A DNA stretch of 64,000 nt. It comes from the human T2T-CHM13v2.0 reference genome, Homo sapiens. The position numbers and the translations under genes were made by a program. Of this stretch, positions 16,216 through 43,806 are shown piece by piece. The notes beneath the pieces were generated by a model that was not told the DNA's origin, did no database searches, and was given only the letters and a program-made list of their open reading frames with translations. Each line of letters starts with the position of its first letter. Within the stretch, counting starts at the first letter, position 1. The stretch is taken from NCBI RefSeq assembly GCF_009914755.1, contig NC_060941.1; one strand, given 5' to 3'.

Positions 16216-17342
16216 TATTGGGGGAAACTCAGCCCCTGATATTTCACGTGCGTCCTTTTCTATTTTCCCTAAGTGTCAGCCAGTCTGAGAAATAAAGGGA
16301 AAGAGTACAAAACAGAGAAATTTTAAAGCTGGGTGTCCGGGGGAGACATCACATGTTGGCAGGTTCCGTGATGCCCCCAAGCCACAAAACCAGCAAGCTT
16401 GGGGAGGGAGTGTACGAATAGGGTGTGGGTCACAGAGATCACATGCTTCACGAGGTAATAGAATATTACAAGGCAAATGGAGGCAGGGCGAGATCACAGG
16501 ACCGAGGCAAAATTAGAATTGCTAATGAAGTTTCCGACATGCATTGTCATTGATAACATCTTATTAGGAGGCAGGGTTTGAGAGCAGACAACCGGTCTGA
16601 CCAAAATTTATTAGGTGGGAATTTCCTCGTCCTAATAAGCCTGGGAGCACTACGGGCGACCGGGGATTATTTCATCCTTTATGTACAACCGTGAAAGACA
16701 GACATTCCCAAAGTGGCCATTTTAGAGACCTCCCCTTGGGAACGCATTCTGCTTCTCAGGGATGTTCCTTGCTGAGAAAAAGAATTCAGCGATATTTCTC
16801 CTATTTGCTTTTGAAAGAAGAGAAATATAGCTCTGTTCCGCCCAGCCCACAGGCAGCCAGACTTTAAGGTTATCTCCTTTGTTCCCTGAACATCGCTGTT
16901 ACCCTGTTTTTTTCAAGATGCCCAGATTTCATATTGTTTAAACAATTTGTGCAGTTAATGCAATCATCACAGGGTCCTGAGGCGACATTCATCCTCAGCT
17001 TACAAAGATGACAGGATTAAGAGATTAAAGGCAGGCATAGGAAATCACAAGAGTATTGATTGGGGAAGTGATAAGTGTCCATGAAATCTTCACAATTGAT
17101 GTTAAGAGATTGCAGTAAAGACAGGCATAAGAAATTATAAAAGTATAATTTTGGGGAACTAATAAATGTCCATGAAATCATCACAATTTATGTTCAGAGA
17201 TTGCAGTAAAGACAGACATAAGAAATTATAAAAGTATTAATTTGGAGAACTTAATAAATGTCCATGAAATCTTCACAATTTATGTTCTTCTGCCATGGCT
17301 TCAGCCAGTCCCTCCGTTCGGGGTCCCTGACTTCCTGCAACA
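16216..17342 (-). mobile_element. MER11 solo LTR (HERV-K11/HML-8), 1127 bp, antisense to ARSG
   Basis: Minus strand starts TGTTGCAGGAAGTCAGGGACCCCGAACGGAGGGAC and ends ...TTTCCCCCAATA. Perfect 6-bp TSD CCTGAC at 16210-16215 and 17343-17348. Confidence 0.9.
17030..17287. repeat. About 91-bp tandem unit (about 2.8 copies) inside the MER11 LTR
   Basis: ttggRgaa...tgtccatgaaatc...cacaatt recurs at 17060, 17151 and 17242. Confidence 0.85.
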
Positions 17343-17578
17343 CCTGACCCTGCATTTTCATATTTTACTGGGTTCCATGAATTTTGAAGCTGGTTATGCT
17401 GTGGTGGATAAAGAGACAACACCAGTAAGCTTGGGCCAGCTTGTACAGAGCTACAAATTCTGACCAAAATGAAGCCAGGGGCAACAGAAGCTTATGACTT
17501 AATGTATGTGAAGTGCTTGGAAAAGTGCCTGGATTATAGTAAGTGTTGCATAAATGTCAGCTATAAGAGTAATAAGAG

Positions 17579-18364
<786 letters not shown>

Positions 18365-19034
18365 CTAGAACTCGATTTGGACATCAAAGGGTAGCAGTTA
18401 CTAGCTACCAGCCACATCCACATCCTGGGCTCAGAAGTTGGGTCCTGGTGGTCCCAATACGTGTGGCTGCCAGGGACGCTTTGAAAGAAACCTGTGCCTA
18501 GGGAATTTTACCCAAGGCCCCCAGTGATGGAGGGAAGAAAGCCTGCAGTGTTTCTTCTAGCCTCCAGGAGACTGATGGTTCAGGAAGGAAGAGCTGGCCG
18601 GGGTGGCGCCAGGAGCTCCCTGAGGTTCTGGAGGGAGGACCTCACCCAACCTGTCAGTGCATATGTTGGCGCACACACCTTCCCTTCCCTCATTCTGGCA
18701 GAAAGAGGGATCAATGGCCTGCTTCTAAGATTTGGTTTCAAGGCCAGGCCAGGCTTCCAGATGGACAGGACTGGGATCTCACAGTGCAATTTCACTGCTC
18801 TCTGATGATGTCCATTGCTGTTTGTCACCTTGAAAAACAGCATCAGGGAATGAACCCATCTTCTGGGACTGAGGCCCAGGTCTCTTTAGCAAGCCTTGTT
18901 ATGTGGTACGAAAGCAAAGAGGACAGTGGCGTCACCCAATCAGCACACATTTGGTAGCACCCCATTTATTCTTTGCTGTGCTGGAGACTTCATAGTGAAC
19001 CAAACCTTATCTTATGAGAGACACAGACATTCTT

Positions 19035-21450
<2,416 letters not shown>

Positions 21451-22185
21451 AAAATATTTGTACTAGTGTGGAGGGTGACCTGAGGTGACAGGAAGATCAG
21501 GCTCCTGTAATAACCTTGACTCTAGCTCCTAAGGACCTCTATGGAGGCCGTGATAGTGGGTGGAAGAGAGGGAGGACAGATCTGGGAGACTTGATAGAAC
21601 TTGGTGACCACCTGACATGGAGAATGAGCGGGAGTGAAGCGTCTAGGCAGCCCTGATGGGTTCTCTGCTGGGATGTGGGGTGGATGGTGGTGGCACTGCT
21701 CCCCAGATGGCAGATGGGAGCAATTTTGGAGGGGAAACACTGAGGGCAGCCCTGGATTATTGCGTTTAAGGTGCCAAGAAGAGATGTTCGGGAGGGGAGG
21801 GGAGCGAAGGTGGTCCCCACATGAAGTCTGAACTGGAAATACGGATTTGGAGATCATCAGCTTTTAGGCATTAGTTTAGAGAGTGGGGCTGTCTGAGACT
21901 TCCCAGAGTGTGTGAGTGGACTAGAAGTAAAAAGAGGGCTGGGGAGGGAGCCTGGGCACATTCCAACATCTTAGATGTGGACAAAAGAAGACAGGCCCAC
22001 AGTGGAGGGAGAACAGCAGCCATCAGGGAGGCCAAAGGAGGATGAAGACAGGTCTCCTGGAAGGCGAAGGAGGAAGGTTTCCAGAAACAAGGTGCTGTCT
22101 GGATGATCATGACCCTGAACAGGCACCTGGAGATTAGGAAGCTAAGCAGAAACGCTTCTATTTATTTATTTATTTATTGTTTTGA

Positions 22186-22344
<159 letters not shown>

Positions 22345-22400
22345 TAGTAGAGACGGGGTTTCTCCATGTTGGTCAGGCTGGTCTCGAACTCCCAACCTCA

Positions 22401-22571
<171 letters not shown>

Positions 22572-23597
22572 TCAGGTGCCTGGTTTTTCTCTAGATGGTT
22601 TTTAGGGTATAAAAACCTTGAAAAACTGGCTTCCCTGAATAGATCATTCCAGTGTTGTGTCATCTGATTTCAAGAGGCCTTCCCCAGGCCCAGTTAGTAC
22701 TTTCCTCCGTTCACATTGAGCTGTATTTGAAGATGTGTGTGTGTGTGTGCATGCATGTGTGTTTTTAGTGTGTGTGTGCGCGTGTGGGTGTCCCACACCT
22801 GTCTTTGGATGGTTAAGCCTCAAGGTCTCTTCTCATGCCCAAACCAAATTCATTTTTCTGTCCTCCCTTACATTAGGCCAGGGGGACTGGGCACATTTTC
22901 CTCTCCGCTTTAAAACTTCACTTTATCTCAGTTTCCTCCTTCCAAGACTGGCTGTGGAGTGGGCGAGTCTCCCCTGCCCCTTCCCTTCAACTTTCAAGAC
23001 AAGCTTCTGGAGTTCTTAGTAGAGGCAGCATGGTTTAATGGCACCTGCATAGGATTTGGAATCAGACACGCCTGAGTCCCAGGGTGTGCCCTTGGATACC
23101 TGACTGCATAGTGCCACGGCCAGGAGCATGGACTGGATTTGCCTGGATACAAATTGTGGCTCTACCCCTTCCAGCAGTGTGAGGCAAGGTCTTTAACCTC
23201 CCCCTGCCTCAGTTTCTTCATCTATATATGGGAATCCTTATATGAGCCCATCCTAGGGCTCTCCCAGGAGGGGCATTTAATGCCATTAAATGACTTAGCA
23301 CATGTAAAGCGCCCTGTTCGTAGTTCAAGCTAAAAAATGGTTATAACTATTCGTTGTAAAATGGAAACGACCTCCTTGGACTTTCGTTTGAAAATGAAAC
23401 TGGAAGGTCATTGAGTATAGGGACTGTTTCTTTGCTTCCTTAACATGGATTACAGGGTCTGCCCCAGTAGCTGTTGCTGCTCAGTAAATATTTTTGGAAT
23501 GAGTGAAATGATAAATGAATCCCTTTGTTATAAATCAGTAGCTTTCTCTCCTGAAGACCTCCTGACAGCCAGCTTAAGGGGCCAAGGCCCCTGCCTA

Positions 23598-26010
<2,413 letters not shown>

Positions 26011-26357
26011 TTCCTTGTGCTTTTTGAAGTGTTCATAACAGTCCCATCTTTTAGATTGATTCCAACCTCTGTGCCACTTCCTCTATGGAGATTTCTCTAA
26101 ACCTTGGACCGTCATCCAGTTCTTTCTCCGTATCTCAATCCTAGAGCATTCTTTATCTCCATGTCCTGTGGCTCTATTCATCTATTTGGGGTCTTAATTA
26201 CATGCCATTGTGCATTGTTGTGACTTACATTTGCTCACGTCTTGTCACTCAATGTCTTGTTTCTGCATGTTCCTTGAGGATAGGATAATGGCTAGAATTC
26301 TTTTGTATTTCTCAACAATGTCTAAAAAAGGACTGGGCATACAGTAATAGGTAATAG

Positions 26358-27592
<1,235 letters not shown>

Positions 27593-27832
27593 AATTTGTT
27601 GGATTAAATCCATTTGAATGAGTTGTGGAAACTTGGACTACTTGTGTTGCCTCTCTGGGTTTCTTTTTCCTGAAACCCAGAAATCCTATTTCCTTTTTTT
27701 GTTTTGTTTTGTTTTCTTTTTTGAGATGGAGTCTCGCTCCTGTCACCCAGGCTGGAGTGCGGTGGCGTGCTCTTGGCTCTCCGCAACCTCCGCCTCCCAG
27801 GTTCAAGCAATTCTCCTGTCTCAGCCTCCTGA

Positions 27833-28054
<222 letters not shown>

Positions 28055-28132
28055 TGAGCACTGAAATTGCAGGAACTGAGTGGGCACTGCCTTTTCTTTT
28101 ACTCTGGCTTCCTGTGGTTGGTGCGGTCCTGA

Positions 28133-28480
<348 letters not shown>

Positions 28481-29506
28481 TGAAAAGACCTAACAGTGAA
28501 TTAAAACATACATGGAGCTATTTTCCTCCCATTATAGCAAGTTTTGTGGTAACTGGTTGCTTTCATTAATTCAGCTGCTCAAAGATGCTGCCGGGAGCCA
28601 GGTGCTCTCACTCGATCTTTCTGCTCTGCCATCCTTAGCATGTTGGTGTTTGGTGTTTGTCCTCATGCTCACTGCCTCATGACTGCCATCCAGCGACTTT
28701 AGGCCCCTGAACCACGATTTGGCTCAAGGAAGGAAGAAGAGAAGGGAGATGGCTCAGCTCTGCCTGCACCCCAAGAATTGCACTTATATCTTATTGGCCA
28801 GAGCTGGGTCTTTTGGCCACGCCTCACTGCTGCACTCCCAGATTGAGAAACTGGGGACAGCATTGTAGTGACTGACTTGAACTTGGGCATGGTAATCTTC
28901 CTCCCTTTGAACAAAACCACAGTTCTATTAGCAGGATACATGGGGACATGGGCATTGCTGGGAGACCAGCAACGTCTGCCACATTGTCCAATGACTCCCT
29001 CTCCTTTAAAACATTTTTTTAGGCATCTCTTACTCAGCATTTATTATGTGCTAGGCACTGGGCTGTTTATTGGCATGAAGATGATTATTGTATTGGCAAG
29101 AGAACTGAGTTTCAGGCCGGTGAAGAGAAGCTGCCTAACCTGGAGGGGTGGAGGCCAGGTCTAGGCAGGTATATCTGTTCCCAGCCTTGCCCTGAGGCTC
29201 TGCCTCACTGCCCTTCTCCCCTCCAGGAGCCAAGACAGCCCAGTATTCCCAGAAGTATCCTCAGCTCCCTGTGTTTGTTAGTCTAACTCTCAAAGAGCTG
29301 GACCCCTTGGGATCCCTGCCTCCTCCACTATACAGGAAATTGCAAGGGAGGGAGGGTGCAACCACAAGCGGGTGGCCCTGTGGGCATGCCTTGGGTGTCT
29401 GAACCGTGTGAACCTGTGGGAGGTTGTTCTACCCAGACCCAGGGCTGGTGCCTCTGCTATTGGCCCTTTTATCCCACTCTGGGTTAAAGAGCCTGATATC
29501 CTTTTA

Positions 29507-29881
<375 letters not shown>

Positions 29882-30380
29882 TCATAGCCAGGAAGAGTTA
29901 GGTCCCAGGGCTGTCCCAGACTCAGCCCCTATGCTGCAGAAGTGGGGCTGGCTTCTTCTGGAGCTGAATTTGACCTCACTGGCCCCTCCGTCTTCATGCC
30001 TTTAAACTCCCAGTAAGCAACTGTTTGCAGCTTGACTGTTTAGCTGCATTCCTCACCCCCTCACCACTCACGACACCTTTTGCACATCCTGGGCAGGATA
30101 TTTAAGCATATCCAGCTGTTGCAATTATGAACTAAAGTACACTTTTAGGAAAAATTAAAGACCCACCAAAGGAATATCAGATGCTTTTACAACACTCACA
30201 CTTTGCTTCTAATCTTGGTCCATGTTTATGTGTTGCCTAGCTGTGCGAATACCACTGGGCTCCACTTTTCCCCCTTTCACATTATTCTATGTTTCCATGT
30301 CATATAATTTTACATAGTATAATTTTTATGATTAAACAATACTTTTCATAATTTTAATATAATGTCATGTTCCCATGTAA

Positions 30381-30728
<348 letters not shown>

Positions 30729-31648
30729 TGAGAGCCCATTTCTCTCAATTTTTTATTAATCTTTTTTTTCAATCCCATAGAGCAGTTGCAGGGAGGGAAT
30801 AATGGACTCCTAGAGGCCCTTCATCCAGTTTCACCGATTCTTAATTTTTGCTACATGCAGTTGTCTTGAAAAAATAGATCGATAGTTCCTTATTGAGGCC
30901 ACATCAAATAATGTACTTAGACATACTCCTGTGGTTGCCCGTTAATCTCTCGTTTGAGCGGTTTAATGCTGCCAGCGTCTCAATCTTTGTACCACATTCT
31001 TTTCTTTGCCCCCTCACCATGGGGGTGGCGTCCCTGGGGTCTACTCCTCAGAGCGGAAGAGCAGATCAGAGAGTTCTGACACTGTCAGAGCTCTTGCCAC
31101 ACATTGCCCGATTATTCCCCCAGACTGAGCGCATTTGCAGACCGAGGAGCAGCAGGGTGTCTGAGTTTCCTCATTTGCTGCCCCGTAGGTGTCTCGGTGC
31201 TTGAACTGCGGGCTGCTGATGTTGGCCAGAGAGGAAGATGATGAAACCAGGCAGGAAGCGGGCATTTCTGAGACGATGTGGGGCGGTGCACCTGCACCCT
31301 GGGCCTCCTGGTGCCTTTGCAGGGCCCCAGCGCGGGAGGGCAAAGTGAAGGAGCCCATGTGGGGTTGCTGTGTCTGTGGAGCCCTCTTTGAGGGGCAGAG
31401 GCTCAGGCTTCTCCGGGCTCCTGGTGATGGGCTGTCTTCCCCTTTCACTGTGGTTTCCCGTGTGAGTCTGGGGTCATCCTTTATGTGTCCCTGTGGACAC
31501 CGTCTCGGCCCCAGAGAGCAAAGCCTGGCTTGTACACCACATTGCAGCTTCTTTTGGCTTGTCCACAGTGCGAGGCGAAGCTAATGGAGAGCTGAGTGTG
31601 TGATCAGCTCCTCAGGGGGCTGTGGTACCCCTATGGGGATTCCTCTGA

Positions 31649-31777
<129 letters not shown>

Positions 31778-32903
31778 TAAGACTCCATGAACAGCTAAGC
31801 CATCCTGTCTCTGGGGGCAACCCTAAGTTAGGACATCTTTGTTCACGAGGTCATTTGAGTGCATTTGGGGTGCCAGGGCTCTCCGGGACCTTACATCCCA
31901 CTTGCTGGCATCTTCCTTGACTGTCCTTCCTTGGTGCCTGTTTGCCCTTCCAACTGCCCCATCACAGGCCCATCAGCTTTTTTGCCATCTCTCGGTTCTT
32001 TACACCTCAGGGAACATTCTGCCCCATGAGGTCCAGACATGGCTAATCTGGGAAGAAGTAAAAATTGACTGATGGGTTCACCGAAGCAGGAAACCTGGCC
32101 ATAGACCCAAACAGGAGATGCTGCCTCTTGGCCTCTTCCTGCAGCCTTTGCTTCCTCACCCTCTGGCCTTGGGGAAGTAGGCCAAGATCAAGCTACCAAA
32201 GCTGGTTCTCTGAAAATCACTTTGCTGAAGGGCGGATTCTCCAAACGTCCAATTCACTGAATTACTGATGGTTTTTCAAAGTTGCAGTTCGTGCCACTGA
32301 CCTTTTCCATTTCCTATAGGAAGCCGTGGACTTTCTCTTAAAGGCATTTACCATGATCTCAGCTTTGGTGGCTTCTCCTGTCCCTGGCCCCTTCCTCTTC
32401 TGCCATTTTATAAGCAAATGTGATTCTCTGACTATTTTGCAGACTTCTCCCCTCCCCTGCCCCAGTATCTCTCCCTATCTCTATGGAAAACGGCTGAATT
32501 GTTCTGTCCTAGACCTGGCGGAAGGTTTGCATTGGAAGATTTTTGCATTTGGAGAATGACTTTCAGAGGGTTGGCCTGGAGCCAGCCTTCAGCAGGGACC
32601 CACTGGTCAGTAACCCCATTGGCTGACGTCTTCTTCAACTCTTACCTCCCCTTTGATGCTCATTCCTCTCCCTCTCCTCCCTTGAGCCCCTTTTCCCAGG
32701 TGGGCATTCGTGGCATCATCCACACATGCTTTAAAAAAAATGACAGATGGGAGAAGTGAAGACCTGGCTTTTGCACTCACTAAAAATTACTCCAGAACTT
32801 GTTTCCTCCTTGGTCTTCAGTTTTCTCACTTGACAGTTGAGGGGTTGGACCAGATCAGGTGTTGGCACCTTGAGGGCATATTCCTGTGGTGAGGGGATAC
32901 TGA

Positions 32904-33379
<476 letters not shown>

Positions 33380-33489
33380 TAAGCACCCACGCTCCTCTTG
33401 CTGCCCTGGGCTGTTCCTCAGGTCAGGGCTCCTGCAAACACAACGAGGTCTTTCTAACACTGGGGTATGAGGATGCCTATGATTTAGAT

Positions 33490-34020
<531 letters not shown>

Positions 34021-35052
34021 GTGGAGAGTCATCCTGATACCAGATGCAGTAGCATTTCAGGGCTATGTTGTGTACCTAGGGGGTAGCTAAATCCATTTGT
34101 GCAAACCAAGTTAGCATGAAGATATCAATTTTTTAAAAATACAACAAACAGGCTGGGCATGGTGGCTCATGCCTATAGTCCCAGCACTTTGGGAGGCCGA
34201 GGCAGGTGGATTACTTGAGGTCAGCAGTTTGCAACCAGCCTGGCCAACATGCTGAAATCCCATCTCTACAAAAATACAAAGATTAGCTGGGCGTGGTGAC
34301 AGGTGCCTGTAGTCCCAGCTACTCGGGAGGCTGAAGCACGAGAATCGCTTGAACCCAGGAGGTGGAGGTTGCATGAGCTGAGATCGTGCCACTGCACTCC
34401 AGCCTGGGAGACAGACTGAGACTCCGTCTCAAAAAGAAAAAAAAATACGACAAGCATCTACTAGTTATTCTACATACACCACATATTGGGTTGGCAAAGA
34501 TCTAATGTCTAACTCGAGGAGTGCATCACTAATGGGGAAGACGGTATTACCCAGATGATAAAAAGTCTGTAGGCTACACTAGGAGAATGGGTTGAGTGCA
34601 GGGCTGTGGCAGGCGGGATGCAGTGAAGAGCAGGGAAATTCTGTAGGAAACTTCACACTCAAACTGGGCTGGGAAGTGCTAATGCAGTTTCACCTGTGAG
34701 AGACACAGAGCAGATAATTCCAGGCAAAGCCACCGAGGCCCCAAAGCATGAGGCTCACAGGGAACTGAAGAGAGCTTGCTTCTTTTAGGAAGGGTGCTTA
34801 TAGAGAGGGCCAAAAACGATTTGGAGGGGCAGGAGTTGAAGCTGAAAACACAGCTCTCCCTACTCCTGGGCCTGGAATTTGAGGCTAATGAGAAATAGCA
34901 ATTCTTTGTGAGATTCGAGTTCTATCTACCTCTAGGAAATAAAGAGAGCTGAAGCAGTTACCTGGGTAATTGGGGAAGGTTTCCTTTTTCTGGAGAATTT
35001 TTGCATTCTAGCTGCATATGCAGCTATAGCCTTTGATTAAAAGCTTGGGCTG

Positions 35053-35376
35053 GGCCGGGCGCGGTGGCTCACACCTGTAATCCCAGCACTTTGGGAGGCT
35101 GAGGTGGGTGTATCACGAGGTCAGGAGATTGAGACCATCCTGGCTAACACGGTGAAAACCCATCTCTACTAAAAATACAAAAAATTAGCCGGGCGTGGTG
35201 GCACGTGCCTGTAGTCCCAGCTACTCAGGAGGCTGAGGCAGGAGAATGGCATGAACCTGGGAGGCGGAGCTTGCATTGAGCCGAGATTTCCCCACTGCAC
35301 TCCAGCCTGGGTGACAGAGCGAGACTCCGTCTCAAAAAATAAAATAAAATAAAATAAAATAAATAAATACATAAAT
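35053..35376 (+). mobile_element. AluY-like element with a 13-bp TSD AAAGCTTGGGCTG
   Basis: TSD at 35040-35052 and 35377-35389. AluY diagnostics gaatggc.tgaacc and ggagcttgca. Confidence 0.9.
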
Positions 35377-36104
35377 AAAGCTTGGGCTGGAGAAGAGATA
35401 GAAGGAAGGAGGAACTCAGAAGAAAACTTCAACACAAAGGCTTTGGGTTTCAATGCTCACACCCTTCCATCCCTCACCTTCACTCCACCACTCCAAGCCC
35501 AAATTCTGTCAGCCTTTTGAGTCCCAGCTGAAAGGCAGTATCTTTCAAGGCGCATTTTGAGATTCCTGCCCCATCCCCATCCCACCATCTCTATCGGGGG
35601 TAACTTCCTGTGATCACTCTTGTTGGCTCACCTATTCATCTCTTATTTCTTAATCTTTATATCTTATTTTCTCCTCACATGAAAAGTCTCTTGAAGGCAG
35701 AATTTATTCTTTCTAAAAAATTTTTTATAATTTTTTTTTTCTCTGTGGTTGTGGCAGCTAAGAACAACTGTTTTTTTTTTATCCCTTAAAGTGTCATGTA
35801 TATAGTAGGTTTTCACCAAATACTGAGTATGTCCATAATTTCGTTGAAGATGTTAGGCATTCAATAATTCTCTCCACTTCCTCCCAAACTGGGTTAATTC
35901 TAATCACAAGATGTTTTGCAAATCTAATCTAACAGCCAGAACCCAGCAAAGTGATTTTCTATGCATACTACAAAGGGATATTAATCAAATCCTCTTATAA
36001 TTACATACTCTATAGCACTGCAGTATTAAATCATAGGAAATTACATTTTTGTCGTGGGTGTACAAAGGCAAGCACATGGAGTCGCAGCCACGTGGGGGTG
36101 CTAA

Positions 36105-36236
<132 letters not shown>

Positions 36237-36572
36237 TAATGCTGTCTGACACATTTGCGATAGGCTCCAGGACAAGGCAAAGTTCCAAGACTGTGGTCCA
36301 TCAGCAATAAATTAAAGATGCAGACAGGAAACAGTTAAGACGGCAAATAAGATACACGGTACATTCTGTGCAAATTTAAATGTGTTATTTGCAGGGAGTG
36401 CAAGAAACCTTTCAACGATGAGGTCCACAAAATTCTTCTATTGAAATTTTTACAGGTTCCTCAGACTATTGAGCTCAGCTAGGGAGAGGCTTGTGCTGCT
36501 AGGGTCTCACACATGTGGGGCCTCCCTCCTCCTCTGCCTGCTGTCTTTGCTTCTAGCCCAGACACTGGACAT

Positions 36573-36632
36573 AAGGAGGGAGGGAGGGAGAGAGCAGAGG
36601 AGAGAGACAGAGGAGAGAGAGAGAGAGAGAGA

Positions 36633-36668
<36 letters not shown>

Positions 36669-36699
36669 GAGAGAGAGAGAGAGAGACAGAGGAGAGAGA

Positions 36700-36733
<34 letters not shown>

Positions 36734-36754
36734 CAGAGACAGAGAGAGAGAGAA
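36573..36754. repeat. Compound polypurine (GA)n/GACAGAG microsatellite-minisatellite
   Basis: About 180 bp almost entirely purine, with repeated (GA)n-CAGAG units. Confidence 0.95.
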
Positions 36755-37039
36755 CAGGATTCCTTTTGAGCTTCTCCCCGCATGGACAACTAAGCCAGCA
36801 TTCTGATGTTGGAATGCCAAACAGGCACCAAATAGGATGTTTTGAAAAAACATTTAATGAAATGGGAAAATGCTTATGATATAATAGTAAGTGAAAAAAA
36901 AAAAAAAGCAGGAAGCAAGTCATCAACGGTAAGATCCTAATGAGCTCTGTAACCCTATCTTTGTAGTCCTATCAACGGAGACTCAAAGGAGATATGCCAT
37001 AATGTTATCAAGGAATCTCTCTGGTCGTGGGACTCAGGG

Positions 37040-40730
<3,691 letters not shown>

Positions 40731-41186
40731 CATCTTATATATTCTGTCCTATTGACAGACCTGCTATTACATGAAGTCCCAATTGTTGACTTCGGAAAAC
40801 GCTGAGTTGCACGCCATACACAGAGGCTGGGATTGAAGTGAGACAGCAGAGAAAGCCAGCAATGGGGCTACTGATTGGTGGTGGGACTCTGCTTGACATC
40901 ATTTAGGTTCTTTAGACCTCAGTTTCTCTCCCCGCAAAATGCAAGTAATAAAAAATAATGTCCCTAGCTCACGAGAGTCTTTGCAAGCTTTACAGAGTGG
41001 TCAGCTCGTCCATGGAACATAAATATCTATTCAAAGGGAATGGAAGAAAGCATTATGCATAGACTTTTACACTTGGAGGAAATGGCCAACCAGAAAAATC
41101 ATTTGGGGCCAGAGTGTTGTATTTATGTGCATATGCATTGTTGCATTAAAGCATTTAGTTCTGCTCCGTGAGTACGTAGGAAGTGA

Positions 41187-41354
<168 letters not shown>

Positions 41355-41724
41355 TGAGGAGTCTCCCTCCCTCCGCAGGGCCTCCCCCTGCCTCCACCTA
41401 CCCGTGCACACACACCATGTCCCTTGGCCTCAGCACGCTTGAGGCCATGGCAGAGTTTTGCTGCTCAGCAGAGATGGATGCATACATGTCTCCTATAAGT
41501 AAAGCTGGAAAACAGCCCCTTCTGGAAATCTGCGGTCCTGGATTAGAGATTCCTCAGGTATGTTCCTAGAGTCCCTGGGGCTTATCCCTCTGTTGCTTTG
41601 ATCACGTTCCACTGCCATGATCATTTTGTCCTCTCCTTCTAGGGTACGAGCTCCTCAAGGGTAGGGCCTGCCCACTGCACTCTGGGCACTCAAGGCATTT
41701 GTTGAGCTCACTAGCTGGCAGGAT

Positions 41725-42187
41725 GTATTACTTTTCCATTGCTGCTGTAACAACCAACCACTAATTTAGTAGCTAAAACAACAGTAACTTACCCTGCTAC
41801 AGATCTGGAGGCCAGATGTCTGAAATGAGTCTTAGGGGGCTAAAATCAAGGCATCAGCAGGACTGTTTTCTTGGGGAGTCTCTAGGGAGGATTCCTTCCT
41901 TGCCTTTTCCAGCTTCTGGCATTTCTGAGCTATGGCCATATCATTCTCAACTCTAATTCTGTTGTTCACTTGCATCTTCAGTCAAATCTCCCCTCTGGCT
42001 CCCACTTACGATAGCACTTGTGATGGCGTTTAGGGTCCACCAGGAGAATCCAAGGTGATCCCCCTACCTCAAGACCCTTAACATAATTCCACCTGAAAAC
42101 TCTCTTTTGCCATATACCGTAACATTCACAGATTCCAGGAATTAGACCCTGCTTATCTTTGGGAGCTATCCTTCATTCTACCAGACA
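41725..42187 (-). mobile_element. MLT1C/D-like MaLR LTR
   Basis: tgtattacttttccattgctgctgtaacaa...ctaaaatcaaggcatcagcagg...aacattcacagattccaggaattag. Confidence 0.68.
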
Positions 42188-42470
42188 GAAGTTACAAATT
42201 CCCGCATCTAGAAGGCACAGATAGGTAACCTTAAAGAGGGAAGCAGGATGAACGTAAGGCATTAGGGAGTGGTGGGGTCTACAGTGAACCTGTAAGCACA
42301 TGCCCCATCTGAAGGGGGCAGCTACTACCTAGCTCCAGCTGCTTGGTGCTTCTTTGTGAAAATGTGAACCTGGAATATCACATCTTTTCATTTTACAACA
42401 GAGATAGGATACCTGGCTTTTATGTGAAATCTCCTGATCTTGAAATATTAGAAACTACTAATTAACAAAA

Positions 42471-43806
<1,336 letters not shown>

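Noticed and set aside
17030-17287. Regularly spaced repeats resembling a CRISPR array
   Set aside because: The whole unit repeats with no unique spacers. It is internal MER11 structure in primate DNA.
36469-36926. ER-rich and LS-rich ORFs
   Set aside because: Translations of the (GA)n repeat.
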